DNA from: a virus
Strand: one strand, 5' to 3'
IMG/VR virus record: IMGVR_UViG_2554235236_000002
Length of the DNA: 64,000 bases
A model generated the notes under the pieces. That model had not been told where the DNA came from. It was given only the letters and a program-made list of their open reading frames with translations, and did not search any database. A program made the translations under genes and the position numbers. This document shows, piece after piece, positions 9,578-19,032 of this stretch; the stretch's first letter is position 1, and the number at the start of each line of letters is the position of its first letter.

Positions 9578-9883
9578 TTGATGAACTTCGATCCTGAGAA
9601 ATTCAAGAAACTTCTTAATTCTGCGTCAAACCCTTCAAATCCAAAGGATACAAAAATAAAGAACTATTATGTGAATCAAGAGTATCAAGAGTTTGTATCT
9701 TTCGATATTGATTTTGAGAATGTAGATACCGCCTTGCGCATTGCTGGACTTTTAGGAAAACACGCTACGAACTTTACTATAACCACTTTGCATTTCCCTG
9801 ACACAAACAAAATTGATTATATTCAATTTATAGTATTCAAAATTAATGACCCGGAACTTTTAGCTATCCTAGATCAAATATAA
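9578..9883 (+). CDS. Hypothetical protein (101 aa)
   Basis: ORF with GGAGG RBS, co-oriented with 8897. Confidence 0.75.
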   Translation: MMNFDPEKFKKLLNSASNPSNPKDTKIKNYYVNQEYQEFVSFDIDFENVDTALRIAGLLGKHATNFTITTLHFPDTNKIDYIQFIVFKINDPELLAILDQI

Positions 9884-9884
9884 A

Positions 9885-9976
9885 AATAAAATCCCACTTA
9901 ATGATAAGTGGGATTGGTTATTAATCGGTGCATCTCTGTAAGGATGCACTCTTAAAAAGCGATTAACATTTTTGTT
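9885..9976 (-). ncRNA. Candidate ~90-nt small RNA
   Basis: TTGACA-17-TATTAT promoter (10011-9983), GTGCATC/GATGCAC hairpin, then an AATCCCACTT/AAGTGGGATT terminator; no ORF. Confidence 0.4.
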
Positions 9977-10019
9977 ACTATTATAATACATCTAAGTTTT
10001 TATTTTGTCAATGGTTGTT

Positions 10020-10697
10020 TTAAACTTGATGGTTTTTTTCTTTTAAAACTTTTATTTCATCTCTTAGTTCAGCAATTTCTTGTTCCATGTCATTGATTTT
10101 TTGATACTGTAAGCTATAAAGCAATGAAAAGGAAGTTTCAATTACTTCTTGAAAAATTGATCCCACTAAATAAATATCTTCATTCAAAGAGGATATCTTA
10201 TTCAATAATCGCCCTTTACTTATAATCCTCAATTCATCCATTACAATAGCTGATTCAGATTCAAATCCATCAGCAGGAGTAACCCTCCTGTAACGTTTAA
10301 GTCCAGAAGGATTTGTTATTGGATGAAAAGCATCTTTCACTTTGTCAGGACTTGATGTAACAGGTAACACGATCAATTTGTTTTCAATTTCATCGAGAAT
10401 TAGAACAGGATGACAATAAGCAAATTCGAAATTTAGTCCTAAATCGGCTAAAAAGATTTCCCCTTGTTGTGGTGTTACTATATTGTTCCTTTCCTTATAC
10501 TGATTAAACCGCCTTCTTTGAATCCAGTTCTGTAGGCTCTTTGTTATTTCTGACAGCTCATCTTCATTAACTTTATAAGAACATTGATTTACAAAGTTAA
10601 AAGATGTGAGGAGAAACTCTCTCCATACTTTTTCTGAATCAGAAGCCTTAATATTATTTGATAAATTGTTAAACTTGCTAAAATCAGGTTTAAGCAT
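10020..10697 (-). CDS. PemK/MazF-family endoribonuclease-like protein with N- and C-terminal extensions
   Basis: PQQGEIFLADLG...HPVLIL...LIVLPVTSS...SAIVMDELRIISKGRL matches the MazF pattern. Confidence 0.8.
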   Translation of the reverse strand: MLKPDFSKFNNLSNNIKASDSEKVWREFLLTSFNFVNQCSYKVNEDELSEITKSLQNWIQRRRFNQYKERNNIVTPQQGEIFLADLGLNFEFAYCHPVLILDEIENKLIVLPVTSSPDKVKDAFHPITNPSGLKRYRRVTPADGFESESAIVMDELRIISKGRLLNKISSLNEDIYLVGSIFQEVIETSFSLLYSLQYQKINDMEQEIAELRDEIKVLKEKNHQV

Positions 10698-10727
10698 TTG
10701 ATCCTCCCAAAACTTGATGAATAATCG

Positions 10728-10755
10728 ATTCGACAGAATAGGAGGAAATACCTTC
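10728..10755 (-). promoter_or_regulatory. Possible sigma-H-type promoter for the MazF-like gene
   Basis: gaAGGTATT-N12-GTCGAAT versus consensus RNAGGAWWW-N11/12-RNNGAAT (one mismatch). Confidence 0.4.
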
Positions 10756-10836
10756 TTTTTTTACAAAATTTTTATTTCACTCAAAAGCAAAACCCCCTCT
10801 AGGGAAGGGATCTTGATTTTGAATAAAAGAGTGATT

Positions 10837-11838
10837 TTACATAAATATTTGATTCTTTTCTTCTTTAAAATCGCGAAGGTCATAGTGTTTGATTGTAGTG
10901 GAAACATCTTCATGTTGAGCAATGTATTTGCTGACAAGTTCAATCTTGATTTTCTTGACTTCGAGTAAGTAGGTGATACAAGAGGCTTTAAAAAGGTGAG
11001 GGTTGATTCTGCGGCCAAGAATGTCTGACAAAACATCGGAGCAAAAATAATCAGCCCATGTTTCTGACATTTGCTTTGGTTGTCCACCGTAAGTAGTGGT
11101 AAAGAGGTATTCATGATCGTATCCGCGTTTTTCATGCCACAGCTTTAAATATTTTAGAGCTTCTGTGTTGATCATGTATTCCAGCACCTTGCCTTCACCA
11201 CTGCCTTTGCCAAATACTTTATGCGATAACACATATTGCTGCCCTTCAGGGATGGGATATTCTAAAATTTCTGTCTTAAACTGAATGATTTCAGCTCTTC
11301 TAGCTCCTACATTAAAAGCAGTTGCAAGCCAGGCCATCCCTAAATAGTTCTCATCTTCTTCAAGGGCTTTCATCATTGTTTGATAATCTTCATATGTGAT
11401 TTTTACTTTTTCATAGGTGATTGTCTTAGGAATAGCAGGGAGGCCGCGGGTAAAGTTCCTGAATGTTTTATAATTGTCATCATCCTCAGCCACTACGTTC
11501 TCAATATAGTTATTTAAAGAAGAAACACCTGCTTTTTTTAGTGCGATACCACTGGAAGACATGCCTCTGTTTTTTAAGAAACTTTGGTATCTAATGAAGT
11601 CACGCTTAGTGATCTTATACAGTTTCTTTCCATTTAGAGAATTATGTACCCACCAAAAGAATTGCCGAAGGGAAGAGGTGTATTGCTTTCTTGTTTTGTC
11701 ACGGAATGAGTGTGCATCCAAGAATTCTTCTGTTAAATTTCTGTGCTCCCCATCAACTTGCGCCCACATTTCATTAGTCACATCAGGCAACTTCTTTGCA
11801 CGGGGACGTATCATATTCTGTTTTATTTCTTTCGCCAT
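10837..11838 (-). CDS. yomM: Tyrosine recombinase (333 aa)
   Basis: GARRAE, KG, HLFK, QH and HY catalytic pattern; size and synteny match SPbeta yomM. Confidence 0.85.
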   Translation of the reverse strand: MAKEIKQNMIRPRAKKLPDVTNEMWAQVDGEHRNLTEEFLDAHSFRDKTRKQYTSSLRQFFWWVHNSLNGKKLYKITKRDFIRYQSFLKNRGMSSSGIALKKAGVSSLNNYIENVVAEDDDNYKTFRNFTRGLPAIPKTITYEKVKITYEDYQTMMKALEEDENYLGMAWLATAFNVGARRAEIIQFKTEILEYPIPEGQQYVLSHKVFGKGSGEGKVLEYMINTEALKYLKLWHEKRGYDHEYLFTTTYGGQPKQMSETWADYFCSDVLSDILGRRINPHLFKASCITYLLEVKKIKIELVSKYIAQHEDVSTTIKHYDLRDFKEEKNQIFM

Positions 11839-11851
11839 TAATTCACCACCA

Positions 11852-12271
11852 CTATTTAACTGTCTTGTGCCCAAGTTTATTGATATCCTTGGTCACAGCT
11901 TCAATTAAGCGACCATCCTTTAAAGCTTCAGCAGTGTTGGCCATGAAAGGTCTTGGTTTACCATAGCCATAATCGTATGTGTCTGGGAATGTATAACCTT
12001 CACCAGTTTCAACAACAGTTGCGACATCGCGACCTTCATCTTCTCGAATGTTATCCAATGAGAGCCCGTTAGCTTCATTTTCAGTTACAAAGGAGCTTTT
12101 CAGGTCATGTGTTCTTTCATAAACTAGGGGATTGTACACGTCGTAAACATCAGTTTCAACATGTTCTTGCCCAGTCTTGATTAACGTTTGCTTAGTGCTG
12201 CTATTTGATTGCTGGATGGCCTTTAAAGCTTCTGTTTGCACTAAAACGGCGAGATCTTTATAAGTCGCCAT
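11852..12271 (-). CDS. yomN: Phage virion/tail-region protein (139 aa)
   Basis: Synteny and size; ends PRPFMANT like neck/tail-completion proteins. Confidence 0.65.
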   Translation of the reverse strand: MATYKDLAVLVQTEALKAIQQSNSSTKQTLIKTGQEHVETDVYDVYNPLVYERTHDLKSSFVTENEANGLSLDNIREDEGRDVATVVETGEGYTFPDTYDYGYGKPRPFMANTAEALKDGRLIEAVTKDINKLGHKTVK

Positions 12272-12272
12272 T

Positions 12273-12758
12273 TTAGCTGTCCTCTTGAGTAAGCTCTTCA
12301 ACTTTTCTTAAGATATCTTCATTGATCTTGTCTGCATTTTTATTTGACGCATTTGTTATAAATTTTGTAAATTCGAGAGCAGCGTCTTCAACTTTTTTTA
12401 AACTTTCTTTTGGGAAAGCCTCGTAAATTGTTTTTATATGTTCTGACTTAACAATTTCTTCAAGCATTTTAATTTTAGCTGTCAAAGTTTTAGGCATATC
12501 AGCAATGTCACTAAATTCAATAATCATGTAGAGATGTGCTAGGTCTCCGGCATTTAAATCAGTTTTAATTTTTTTCTTGGTCTGGATTTCAACATAGTCT
12601 TCAACTAAGGATTTAATCATCTTAGATACCCTCGTTGGGTCGAAATTCGGGTAAATGTAAGTATGATATTGTTTATTCAATTCAATTCTCTGCTTCTCAT
12701 TGTATTTCTTATTATCCTCTTTAATATGACTAAGCGTTAATTTTTGTGTTGTCATCAT
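12273..12758 (-). CDS. yomO: Phage protein, possible tail assembly chaperone
   Basis: Synteny and size. Confidence 0.6.
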   Translation of the reverse strand: MMTTQKLTLSHIKEDNKKYNEKQRIELNKQYHTYIYPNFDPTRVSKMIKSLVEDYVEIQTKKKIKTDLNAGDLAHLYMIIEFSDIADMPKTLTAKIKMLEEIVKSEHIKTIYEAFPKESLKKVEDAALEFTKFITNASNKNADKINEDILRKVEELTQEDS

Positions 12759-12792
12759 ATTTCCTCCTTATAAGCCAAAATAAAAACACCTA

Positions 12793-12984
12793 TTAAGGTG
12801 TTACGGACATTCCTAAATCCACACTGACATTAATGAATGGCTTATCATAACTCCTGCCTGTTATCTCTTCATACTCTTTTGGGGTAATATGCCCCCACTC
12901 AACATAATCTCTCATGATAGAATCGTCTTCATAGCAGCCCCAATCAAAAAATTGTTTAATCGTAGCATAGTCAGGATATTTCAT
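12793..12984 (-). CDS. yomP: XkdX-family protein
   Basis: IKQFFDWGCY...YVEWGHITPKEYEEITG motif. Confidence 0.85.
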   Translation of the reverse strand: MKYPDYATIKQFFDWGCYEDDSIMRDYVEWGHITPKEYEEITGRSYDKPFINVSVDLGMSVTP

Positions 12985-13310
12985 GACGAACCACCACTTT
13001 TTAATTCAGCAACAGCCTTCTGTAGTTTTGCTATTTCATAAGTAAGTATTGCATTCTGTTTCTTTAAGAGGTCGATGGGGTCGGGTTCTGATTCTGACGG
13101 TGGATGTAATGCATCAATGTAATCCTGATCAGCGCTTTCCTTCCATGTTTGTTCAGCAGGATAAAATTTCGCTATATATAGGCCGGGAGGGGGTTCAATA
13201 TCAGTCCATCCATCTGGAATTGTATAATTTCCACCCTGATCGGGCGCAAGAACATCATTTTCGATCAACAAATAAGTTTTCGGATCATATTTAAATATGT
13301 TTTTCAGCAT
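12981..13310 (-). CDS. yomQ: Tail-fibre assembly-type protein
   Basis: PDGWTDIEPP...W motif; lies between the fibre gene and the XkdX gene. Confidence 0.7.
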   Translation of the reverse strand: MLKNIFKYDPKTYLLIENDVLAPDQGGNYTIPDGWTDIEPPPGLYIAKFYPAEQTWKESADQDYIDALHPPSESEPDPIDLLKKQNAILTYEIAKLQKAVAELKSGGSS

Positions 13311-13322
13311 TTTAATCTTCTC

Positions 13323-14951
13323 CTAAAGAGGAATTACTTCATCTAACCCGTAAGACGTAATGTTCTCAAGTTTATCTGAAATTTGACCTTCTAACCTCAT
13401 ATCGCCATTTGTTTCGATATATAACTTGGTCATGCCAGTAGTTCCGTAAATAGGGATTACTTTGCATCGGAGTTTGGATGGCCTGTACGATGCAGGGAGT
13501 GTGCCAAACACTGTTCCTCTAGTAGCGATAATTTCTCCTTCCAATAACAAAAGACCACCAATTGTTGAACATCTTACTCTTCTGTCTCCATGTTTCGCTC
13601 CATTTTTTAATGGAACATCAGTCCAAGTCGGTTCAATTTCATTTGATGTTACAACACGCTTCCAGCCTTTGAAGACTCCGTCTGTATGGACAGTACTATG
13701 CCAAATTATATTGTCGTAACTTCTCCAAGCATATATTGTTTTTCTTCCTTGATCAGTTTCAACTACATCGTAGTTAAACCACGAGCTATCATTAGATGTT
13801 GGATTGTTTTGGATTACATGTCCAGAAGCAAAATAAAAACCAGAAGGTAACGTTAATAGGTCAGTTCCATCGGCCAATTTAGTGCGTTTTCCGTCGTCAC
13901 TAATAAATTTATATATTTGTGCATTGCTCCATCTTGTGCGTTCGGAAGCAGTCAAATGAACTGTTTTATTGTTTGCGTGAGCATCAACTTTAGCCTGTGC
14001 TCCTCCTGAAGTTTCAAGCACTTCCCAATCAGACCAATTTCCATTAGAGAGTGTTTTTCGATAGGTTTTATTTTCGTTATCAAACGCAATAACTTGGCCG
14101 TGTGTTGCGCTAGAATTACAAGTCCAAATTCCTCTGACAGCCACACCAGGACTGTTTCCTGCATTAGAATGAGATGTAAAATGAACAAATCCTTTATATT
14201 TCAGCAGCAGTTCATGAAAATCATCAGTTTGATTAACGTAGAATAGTTGCTGTCCATCATTGTTTGTGATTTTAAAAAGCTGGCTTGCATTCCATTTTTC
14301 ACGTTCTTCATCAGTTATATGTTTAATTAAATCAGCGGTATGTAAATCAAACTCTGCTTTAGTTGCTTGTTCCTCGTTTGTCACATTCCCTAAACCGATT
14401 TGGTCTTTTGTTACGGAATGCGGATTAGTTTTATCATTTACATGAGCGTCTGTATAATTTTTCGCTAATTTCAGCGCATCATCTACATCAGAAGAGGAGG
14501 GGACTGTAATGAATTCTGTCCAGCCAGTGGAAGGGTACCAATGACGAAGATAAATCCTTGGGTCATTTCGATTTCCGGCATTAAAGAAAAATTGCGCAAA
14601 TCGGTATTTGGTAGCCTTAACATTCAAACACTCACCGTACTTACTAGGGTATCCAACCGCACTACCTGCGAGATGAAAAGTTGAAATTCCAAAAGGGTAG
14701 CTATCTCCAGGGTATGAAGCGTCTTGATATGGTGTAGGATCATTAATAATTGTCACCTGTTCAGTAGTTACTTCATGCGGATTAGCTTTATTGTTAATAT
14801 GGTAATTCACCAAATCAGAAAACTTTTCAACTTCACCTTTGATCTCTTTCTCGGTGTCTAAAGTGTGTTTTTCCAGTCTGGAAAAATTCCCTTTTAAATT
14901 TTCAATTTTTATTTCATTTTCTTTATTCTGTGCTCTAGAGAGGTTATCCAT
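13323..14951 (-). CDS. yomR: Tail fibre / receptor-binding protein with knob-like repeats
   Basis: HxNxKxNPHxVT repeats; GWTEF/WSDW/GWK knob-domain ends. Confidence 0.75.
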   Translation of the reverse strand: MDNLSRAQNKENEIKIENLKGNFSRLEKHTLDTEKEIKGEVEKFSDLVNYHINNKANPHEVTTEQVTIINDPTPYQDASYPGDSYPFGISTFHLAGSAVGYPSKYGECLNVKATKYRFAQFFFNAGNRNDPRIYLRHWYPSTGWTEFITVPSSSDVDDALKLAKNYTDAHVNDKTNPHSVTKDQIGLGNVTNEEQATKAEFDLHTADLIKHITDEEREKWNASQLFKITNNDGQQLFYVNQTDDFHELLLKYKGFVHFTSHSNAGNSPGVAVRGIWTCNSSATHGQVIAFDNENKTYRKTLSNGNWSDWEVLETSGGAQAKVDAHANNKTVHLTASERTRWSNAQIYKFISDDGKRTKLADGTDLLTLPSGFYFASGHVIQNNPTSNDSSWFNYDVVETDQGRKTIYAWRSYDNIIWHSTVHTDGVFKGWKRVVTSNEIEPTWTDVPLKNGAKHGDRRVRCSTIGGLLLLEGEIIATRGTVFGTLPASYRPSKLRCKVIPIYGTTGMTKLYIETNGDMRLEGQISDKLENITSYGLDEVIPL

Positions 14952-14953
14952 CG

Positions 14954-15319
14954 CTATGTCACCGCATTTCCCTTAATGGTAAGTGAACCACCATTGATTT
15001 TGGTTATTTCAAATAGAATTGCGGTTTTCCCGGCAACATCAAACTCCCATATTTCATCAATTCCAAGAGTGCTTGCACCAAACATGTGATTAGAGGAGTT
15101 TATTCCTTCTAGGATAATTTTTTTTCCATCCTGTGTAACGCTATAAAATTTAACTTCTCTTGAAGTACAGTCGCCCGTAATTTCAACAGTAAGTGTGCGA
15201 TGAGCACCCACAATAAGCTTTTCACCTTCACTTGGTTCAGTTACAGAATCATGGAAGACGAAAGGGGTGATTTGAGGTTCGACTTTTCGCGGTAGTGTTT
15301 TATAATCGCAAACTGACAC
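14954..15319 (-). CDS. yomS: Phage structural protein
   Basis: Synteny and size. Confidence 0.65.
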   Translation of the reverse strand: MSVCDYKTLPRKVEPQITPFVFHDSVTEPSEGEKLIVGAHRTLTVEITGDCTSREVKFYSVTQDGKKIILEGINSSNHMFGASTLGIDEIWEFDVAGKTAILFEITKINGGSLTIKGNAVT

Positions 15320-15427
15320 TAGAAACCTCCTTACATAAATTTTCTTAATAAAACACGCATTTTATTTGAATAAAAAAGAAGAGGGGGAACCCCCTCATAA
15401 TCTTTATTAATTAGATGTTATTTTTGG

Positions 15428-15820
15428 TTAGCTGGATGCTTGGCTTCCTTTTAATTCATCAATTTGTTTTTGCAAATCATCGAACTTGGCCTTGACTTCG
15501 CTGTTTAAGTTAACGAGCAAGACGCTGCCGGTTCCAATGTTGTTACTTCTGACAATATTGTCACCAAGCATTTCATGAGTAATGCTTTTTTCTTCAATGA
15601 CAGCAGGATCGCCTTTGTCACCTTTTGGTCCCGGTTCACCTTTGTCTCCCTTATCACCTTTTGGCCCCTGTGGCCCCGGTTCACCTGGCATCCCTTTAAT
15701 GTATAAAGGGTTCTCTTCATTGTTGTTTTTCAAATAAACAGCCGTTACTGGTTTTCCTGTGCCATCATCCTCTGCGGAAGTATATACTCCATTACTTTGG
15801 TTTAAAAATTGATCTGCCAA
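15428..15820 (-). CDS. Collagen-like (Gly-X-Y) phage protein
   Basis: GMPGEPGPQGPKGDKGDKGEPGPKGDKGD. Confidence 0.8.
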   Translation of the reverse strand: MADQFLNQSNGVYTSAEDDGTGKPVTAVYLKNNNEENPLYIKGMPGEPGPQGPKGDKGDKGEPGPKGDKGDPAVIEEKSITHEMLGDNIVRSNNIGTGSVLLVNLNSEVKAKFDDLQKQIDELKGSQASS

Positions 15821-15842
15821 TATAATCTCTCCTTATCTATTT

Positions 15843-16688
15843 TTATGAATTATTTGAGTCACCAACGTCTACTGATTTAGTTTGCGTTCCTGTGTCTGAT
15901 CCTGGGTCTGGAGCAGGTTCTGGTTGCTCAGGCTCAGGAGAAGGCTGGGTATCATCAATAGGATTTCCGTCTTCATCAACTGGAATCTGAAGGACTCGTC
16001 CCATTTTCCCGGATCCTCTTTTCGCTGTTGCTTCAAACTTCAATTCAGGAGTGAGAGCAGTTCCGTTTTCAAGTGACATATCAAACTCACCTGAAGGAGT
16101 AACATTATCGAATTGAAAGTATAAGTAGTTGATTACTTGATTAGTATCTGGATCGTATTCAATTGTCCGGTATTCAATCTCATACTTCTCAGAGAACTTA
16201 TCAGAGGCAATCTCCATAGAACGACCTTTCACTTCTTCTTTGTAAATTGCAAGCAGTTCATCACCAGGCTTTGCGAACTCTTCAGGAACTGTAACTGTTT
16301 TGTCCTTTGCTTCAAGTGTAATTGAATTTCCTTTAGTGTCTTGAAGGGTTACTAATCCGATCGGCTCCCTTGTCACGTCAACCTCTCCAATATCTGAAAC
16401 CATAAGATCATAATCAGTTTTGTAGACGTTAAATGTTCCTTTTTCAATTTCAACGCCTTGAGACATAGCCAACCATTCAAGATCAAACAGCGCATTTTTT
16501 AGATTCAAAGTAATTTCTTTATCAGATCGAAGGATGGCAATCGTTCTGTTTCCAATACCACCCTTTAGCTTATCTTGGGTAACTGCTTGCGAAAATCCAG
16601 CAATTTGGGCTTCCGCAGTAGCAACCAAATGGCCATCACGTTTTCTTTTTAAAATAACGTCAGCCGTATCGTTAATAACTGTTTTCAT
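15843..16688 (-). CDS. yomU: Putative major tail (tube) protein
   Basis: Position after the head-tail genes, beta-rich, Pro/Glu-rich C-terminal tail. Confidence 0.6.
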   Translation of the reverse strand: MKTVINDTADVILKRKRDGHLVATAEAQIAGFSQAVTQDKLKGGIGNRTIAILRSDKEITLNLKNALFDLEWLAMSQGVEIEKGTFNVYKTDYDLMVSDIGEVDVTREPIGLVTLQDTKGNSITLEAKDKTVTVPEEFAKPGDELLAIYKEEVKGRSMEIASDKFSEKYEIEYRTIEYDPDTNQVINYLYFQFDNVTPSGEFDMSLENGTALTPELKFEATAKRGSGKMGRVLQIPVDEDGNPIDDTQPSPEPEQPEPAPDPGSDTGTQTKSVDVGDSNNS

Positions 16689-16719
16689 TAATTAAATTCC
16701 TCCTAATAAAAAAAGCAGC

Positions 16720-17430
16720 CTAGTGGCTGCTTGAGATCATTTTAGAAATATTTTCTGCTTCTTTTTTAGAAAGAGTGTGGCTATCATCTTCAAATATCTC
16801 TATGTCTTTGCTCCAATCCTCTATGTTTTTAGCGTGATCGGGATCTACAGTCGCAAAAAGGGTGGAGGTGTCATATTTCTTTAATAAAGCTATTCTTAAA
16901 AAAGTCATGTAAACTTGATAAATAGTCCAATTAACAATCTTTTCATAATCACTAGAACCAAAAGCGACAATGCTTGAGATCATGTTTGTCAAATTAAGCT
17001 CTGAGGACTCTAGGCTTTTAAGTCGCTTGCTTCGTTCTATTGCCTTTTGGATAATGGGGTTTGGGTTAATTTTTTCTTCTTTCAATAAATTCATATCTAA
17101 AATCAATTTTCGTATTTCAGTAAAATTTTCGTGAGTAACTTTTTCAAGAACTCCTTCGTCATTGAACATTTTACTTAATACTTTATGATAGGCTTCTGTA
17201 AATAAGGGAAGCTGCGTAACAACTTCAAATAATGTAAGTTTCTTTACTTCCTTGGAAGACTCAGTTTGATTTGCGGAAAACAGGCTATATGCGATTTCAT
17301 CCCTACTCATTCTGACAAGGTTAAGATATTGAGCGAACTTGTAATAATCCTTTATCTTAATGAAATGACAATCTCCAATCGAAGTTTCAATTGGTAAGCC
17401 TAATATGTAAAAGTCTCGTAATTCATTCAT
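16720..17430 (-). CDS. yomV: Phage protein (236 aa)
   Basis: Size and synteny. Confidence 0.7.
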   Translation of the reverse strand: MNELRDFYILGLPIETSIGDCHFIKIKDYYKFAQYLNLVRMSRDEIAYSLFSANQTESSKEVKKLTLFEVVTQLPLFTEAYHKVLSKMFNDEGVLEKVTHENFTEIRKLILDMNLLKEEKINPNPIIQKAIERSKRLKSLESSELNLTNMISSIVAFGSSDYEKIVNWTIYQVYMTFLRIALLKKYDTSTLFATVDPDHAKNIEDWSKDIEIFEDDSHTLSKKEAENISKMISSSH

Positions 17431-17957
17431 TTCATTGCTCCAAATGTGAAAATCATTTTATAACCCAAATAACCAGCAGGAGGGTTTGCAATCAACATTC
17501 TTTTCGGAGCTAAAGCCTTTCCAAAGCCAGCGATATTTTTATTGAAGAGAAGCTCAGATAATCTGTCCAAAATTTTCAATGACCTGAATTCATTTTCTTC
17601 ATATGTCTCGATATGAGTGTAGACATCAATGTGAAGGTCTTGATCCATAAGCAAATAGCTTTGATTAGAGGACTTTGATAAACCACTACCCAGATACATG
17701 CAGAGTCTGCAGATTGGTGATTCAGTAATGTCATCGGTTTTTGGAGCTCTTTTGAAGATTGTCTTGAAAATAGGGGGGATAGTGCGGACTTTTCCATCTT
17801 CTTCAAAAGTTGTTTCAACTTCATAGCCTTCTAAGTCCTGAACATCAGGGAGGTCAGGGGAGAGGGGATTGTCCTTATAATACAGAAGTCTGTTGAGCTC
17901 AGAATCATTGATCAATGTTCTGAAAATCTTGGTCATGTGTTCGACCATGTTACTCAT
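17427..17957 (-). CDS. yomW: Putative tail terminator/completion protein
   Basis: Synteny. Confidence 0.6.
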   Translation of the reverse strand: MSNMVEHMTKIFRTLINDSELNRLLYYKDNPLSPDLPDVQDLEGYEVETTFEEDGKVRTIPPIFKTIFKRAPKTDDITESPICRLCMYLGSGLSKSSNQSYLLMDQDLHIDVYTHIETYEENEFRSLKILDRLSELLFNKNIAGFGKALAPKRMLIANPPAGYLGYKMIFTFGAMK

Positions 17958-18622
17958 GCACTGTCTTCACCTCGGACTTTCTTTTCGGCAATTAATTTTA
18001 TTGTGCCATGATCTCCATAAACCTTAGAATAATCAATATCCTTAACAAGATAATCCTCACCGAAAAATGAGAGAGGGAGTCCAATTTTAATTTTGTCGTT
18101 TTTTATGTTTGGAATTGTGATGTTTGCTTGACCATTAGGAAGGTTGACGGCTAGATCAGTCCCATTTATAGATGTTGAACGTTCAAAAACACATGGTATT
18201 TCAATAACTTCTCCAGGGACTTTAATTTTGATTGGTTTACCAGTAATCTCGCTTATCTTGTCTGAATCAATCCATTTATCATTTGTAGTTATCTTTATTG
18301 AAGAGTTGGAAAGGCGCATAGTAGCGCTATCATTCATTTTGTTGTCAGTTGGTCTTGAATCAACTATCCAAAGATTATCATCATATTTAATTATATCTCC
18401 ACGATTTAACAATCCGATCACGGTCAGAATCTTTTTGACTTCACTGTTTTGAGTAGTCTGAATAATTACTTGGACAGGTTTTCCGTTGAGTTCAACATCA
18501 TATGTTTCAGGGGAGTTGGCGAGGATTTCTTTGAAAATTTGATATTTATTTGAGGTAAACTCTTCATTTTCATAACCACTCAAATAATTATTTGAGGACA
18601 TCAAATACCATTCTTTAGACAT
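17954..18622 (-). CDS. yomX: Putative head-closure protein
   Basis: Synteny. Confidence 0.6.
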   Translation of the reverse strand: MSKEWYLMSSNNYLSGYENEEFTSNKYQIFKEILANSPETYDVELNGKPVQVIIQTTQNSEVKKILTVIGLLNRGDIIKYDDNLWIVDSRPTDNKMNDSATMRLSNSSIKITTNDKWIDSDKISEITGKPIKIKVPGEVIEIPCVFERSTSINGTDLAVNLPNGQANITIPNIKNDKIKIGLPLSFFGEDYLVKDIDYSKVYGDHGTIKLIAEKKVRGEDSA

Positions 18623-18634
18623 TTAGAAGACCCC

Positions 18635-19021
18635 TCAATCAAATTTAATTTCTTTCATTTTACTCATCTTTATGCCAATTTCATCGCATAGTCCTTCATA
18701 AGCTCTGTTAACCTGTGCTTTTGTATTTGCAAGACCAGTTAACTGAATGTCCCGGCCGATTACGTTGTTCAATTTTAAAACTCTGTCAAGATACCGCCCC
18801 AGATAATTCTTATACATTAACATCCCTAAAATTTGTATTTGAGGGTAAGTTAGAGGGGACTTAAAATCCAATGTAATCTTGTCAAAATTTAATGGAGTTA
18901 ATTCAAGCTCGTACTCACTTATTGCATTAAGCAAAAACTGCCTTTCTAAACTTTCCGGAAGCTCTTCCGTAGATTGAAACATTGAGTGGAATACATCTAT
19001 GATTTCTTCATAGGGAGTCAC
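18635..19021 (-). CDS. yomZ: Putative head-tail adaptor
   Basis: Synteny and size. Confidence 0.55.
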   Translation of the reverse strand: MTPYEEIIDVFHSMFQSTEELPESLERQFLLNAISEYELELTPLNFDKITLDFKSPLTYPQIQILGMLMYKNYLGRYLDRVLKLNNVIGRDIQLTGLANTKAQVNRAYEGLCDEIGIKMSKMKEIKFD

Positions 19022-19032
19022 AATAGCACCCC

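Noticed and set aside
10698-10836. Type III antitoxin repeat array or antitoxin ORF upstream of the MazF-like gene
   Set aside because: No tandem repeats or ORF; only a terminator and a promoter-like sequence
15620-15710. Gly-X-Y repeats as a novel repeat element
   Set aside because: Ordinary collagen-like segment common in Bacillus phage tail genes
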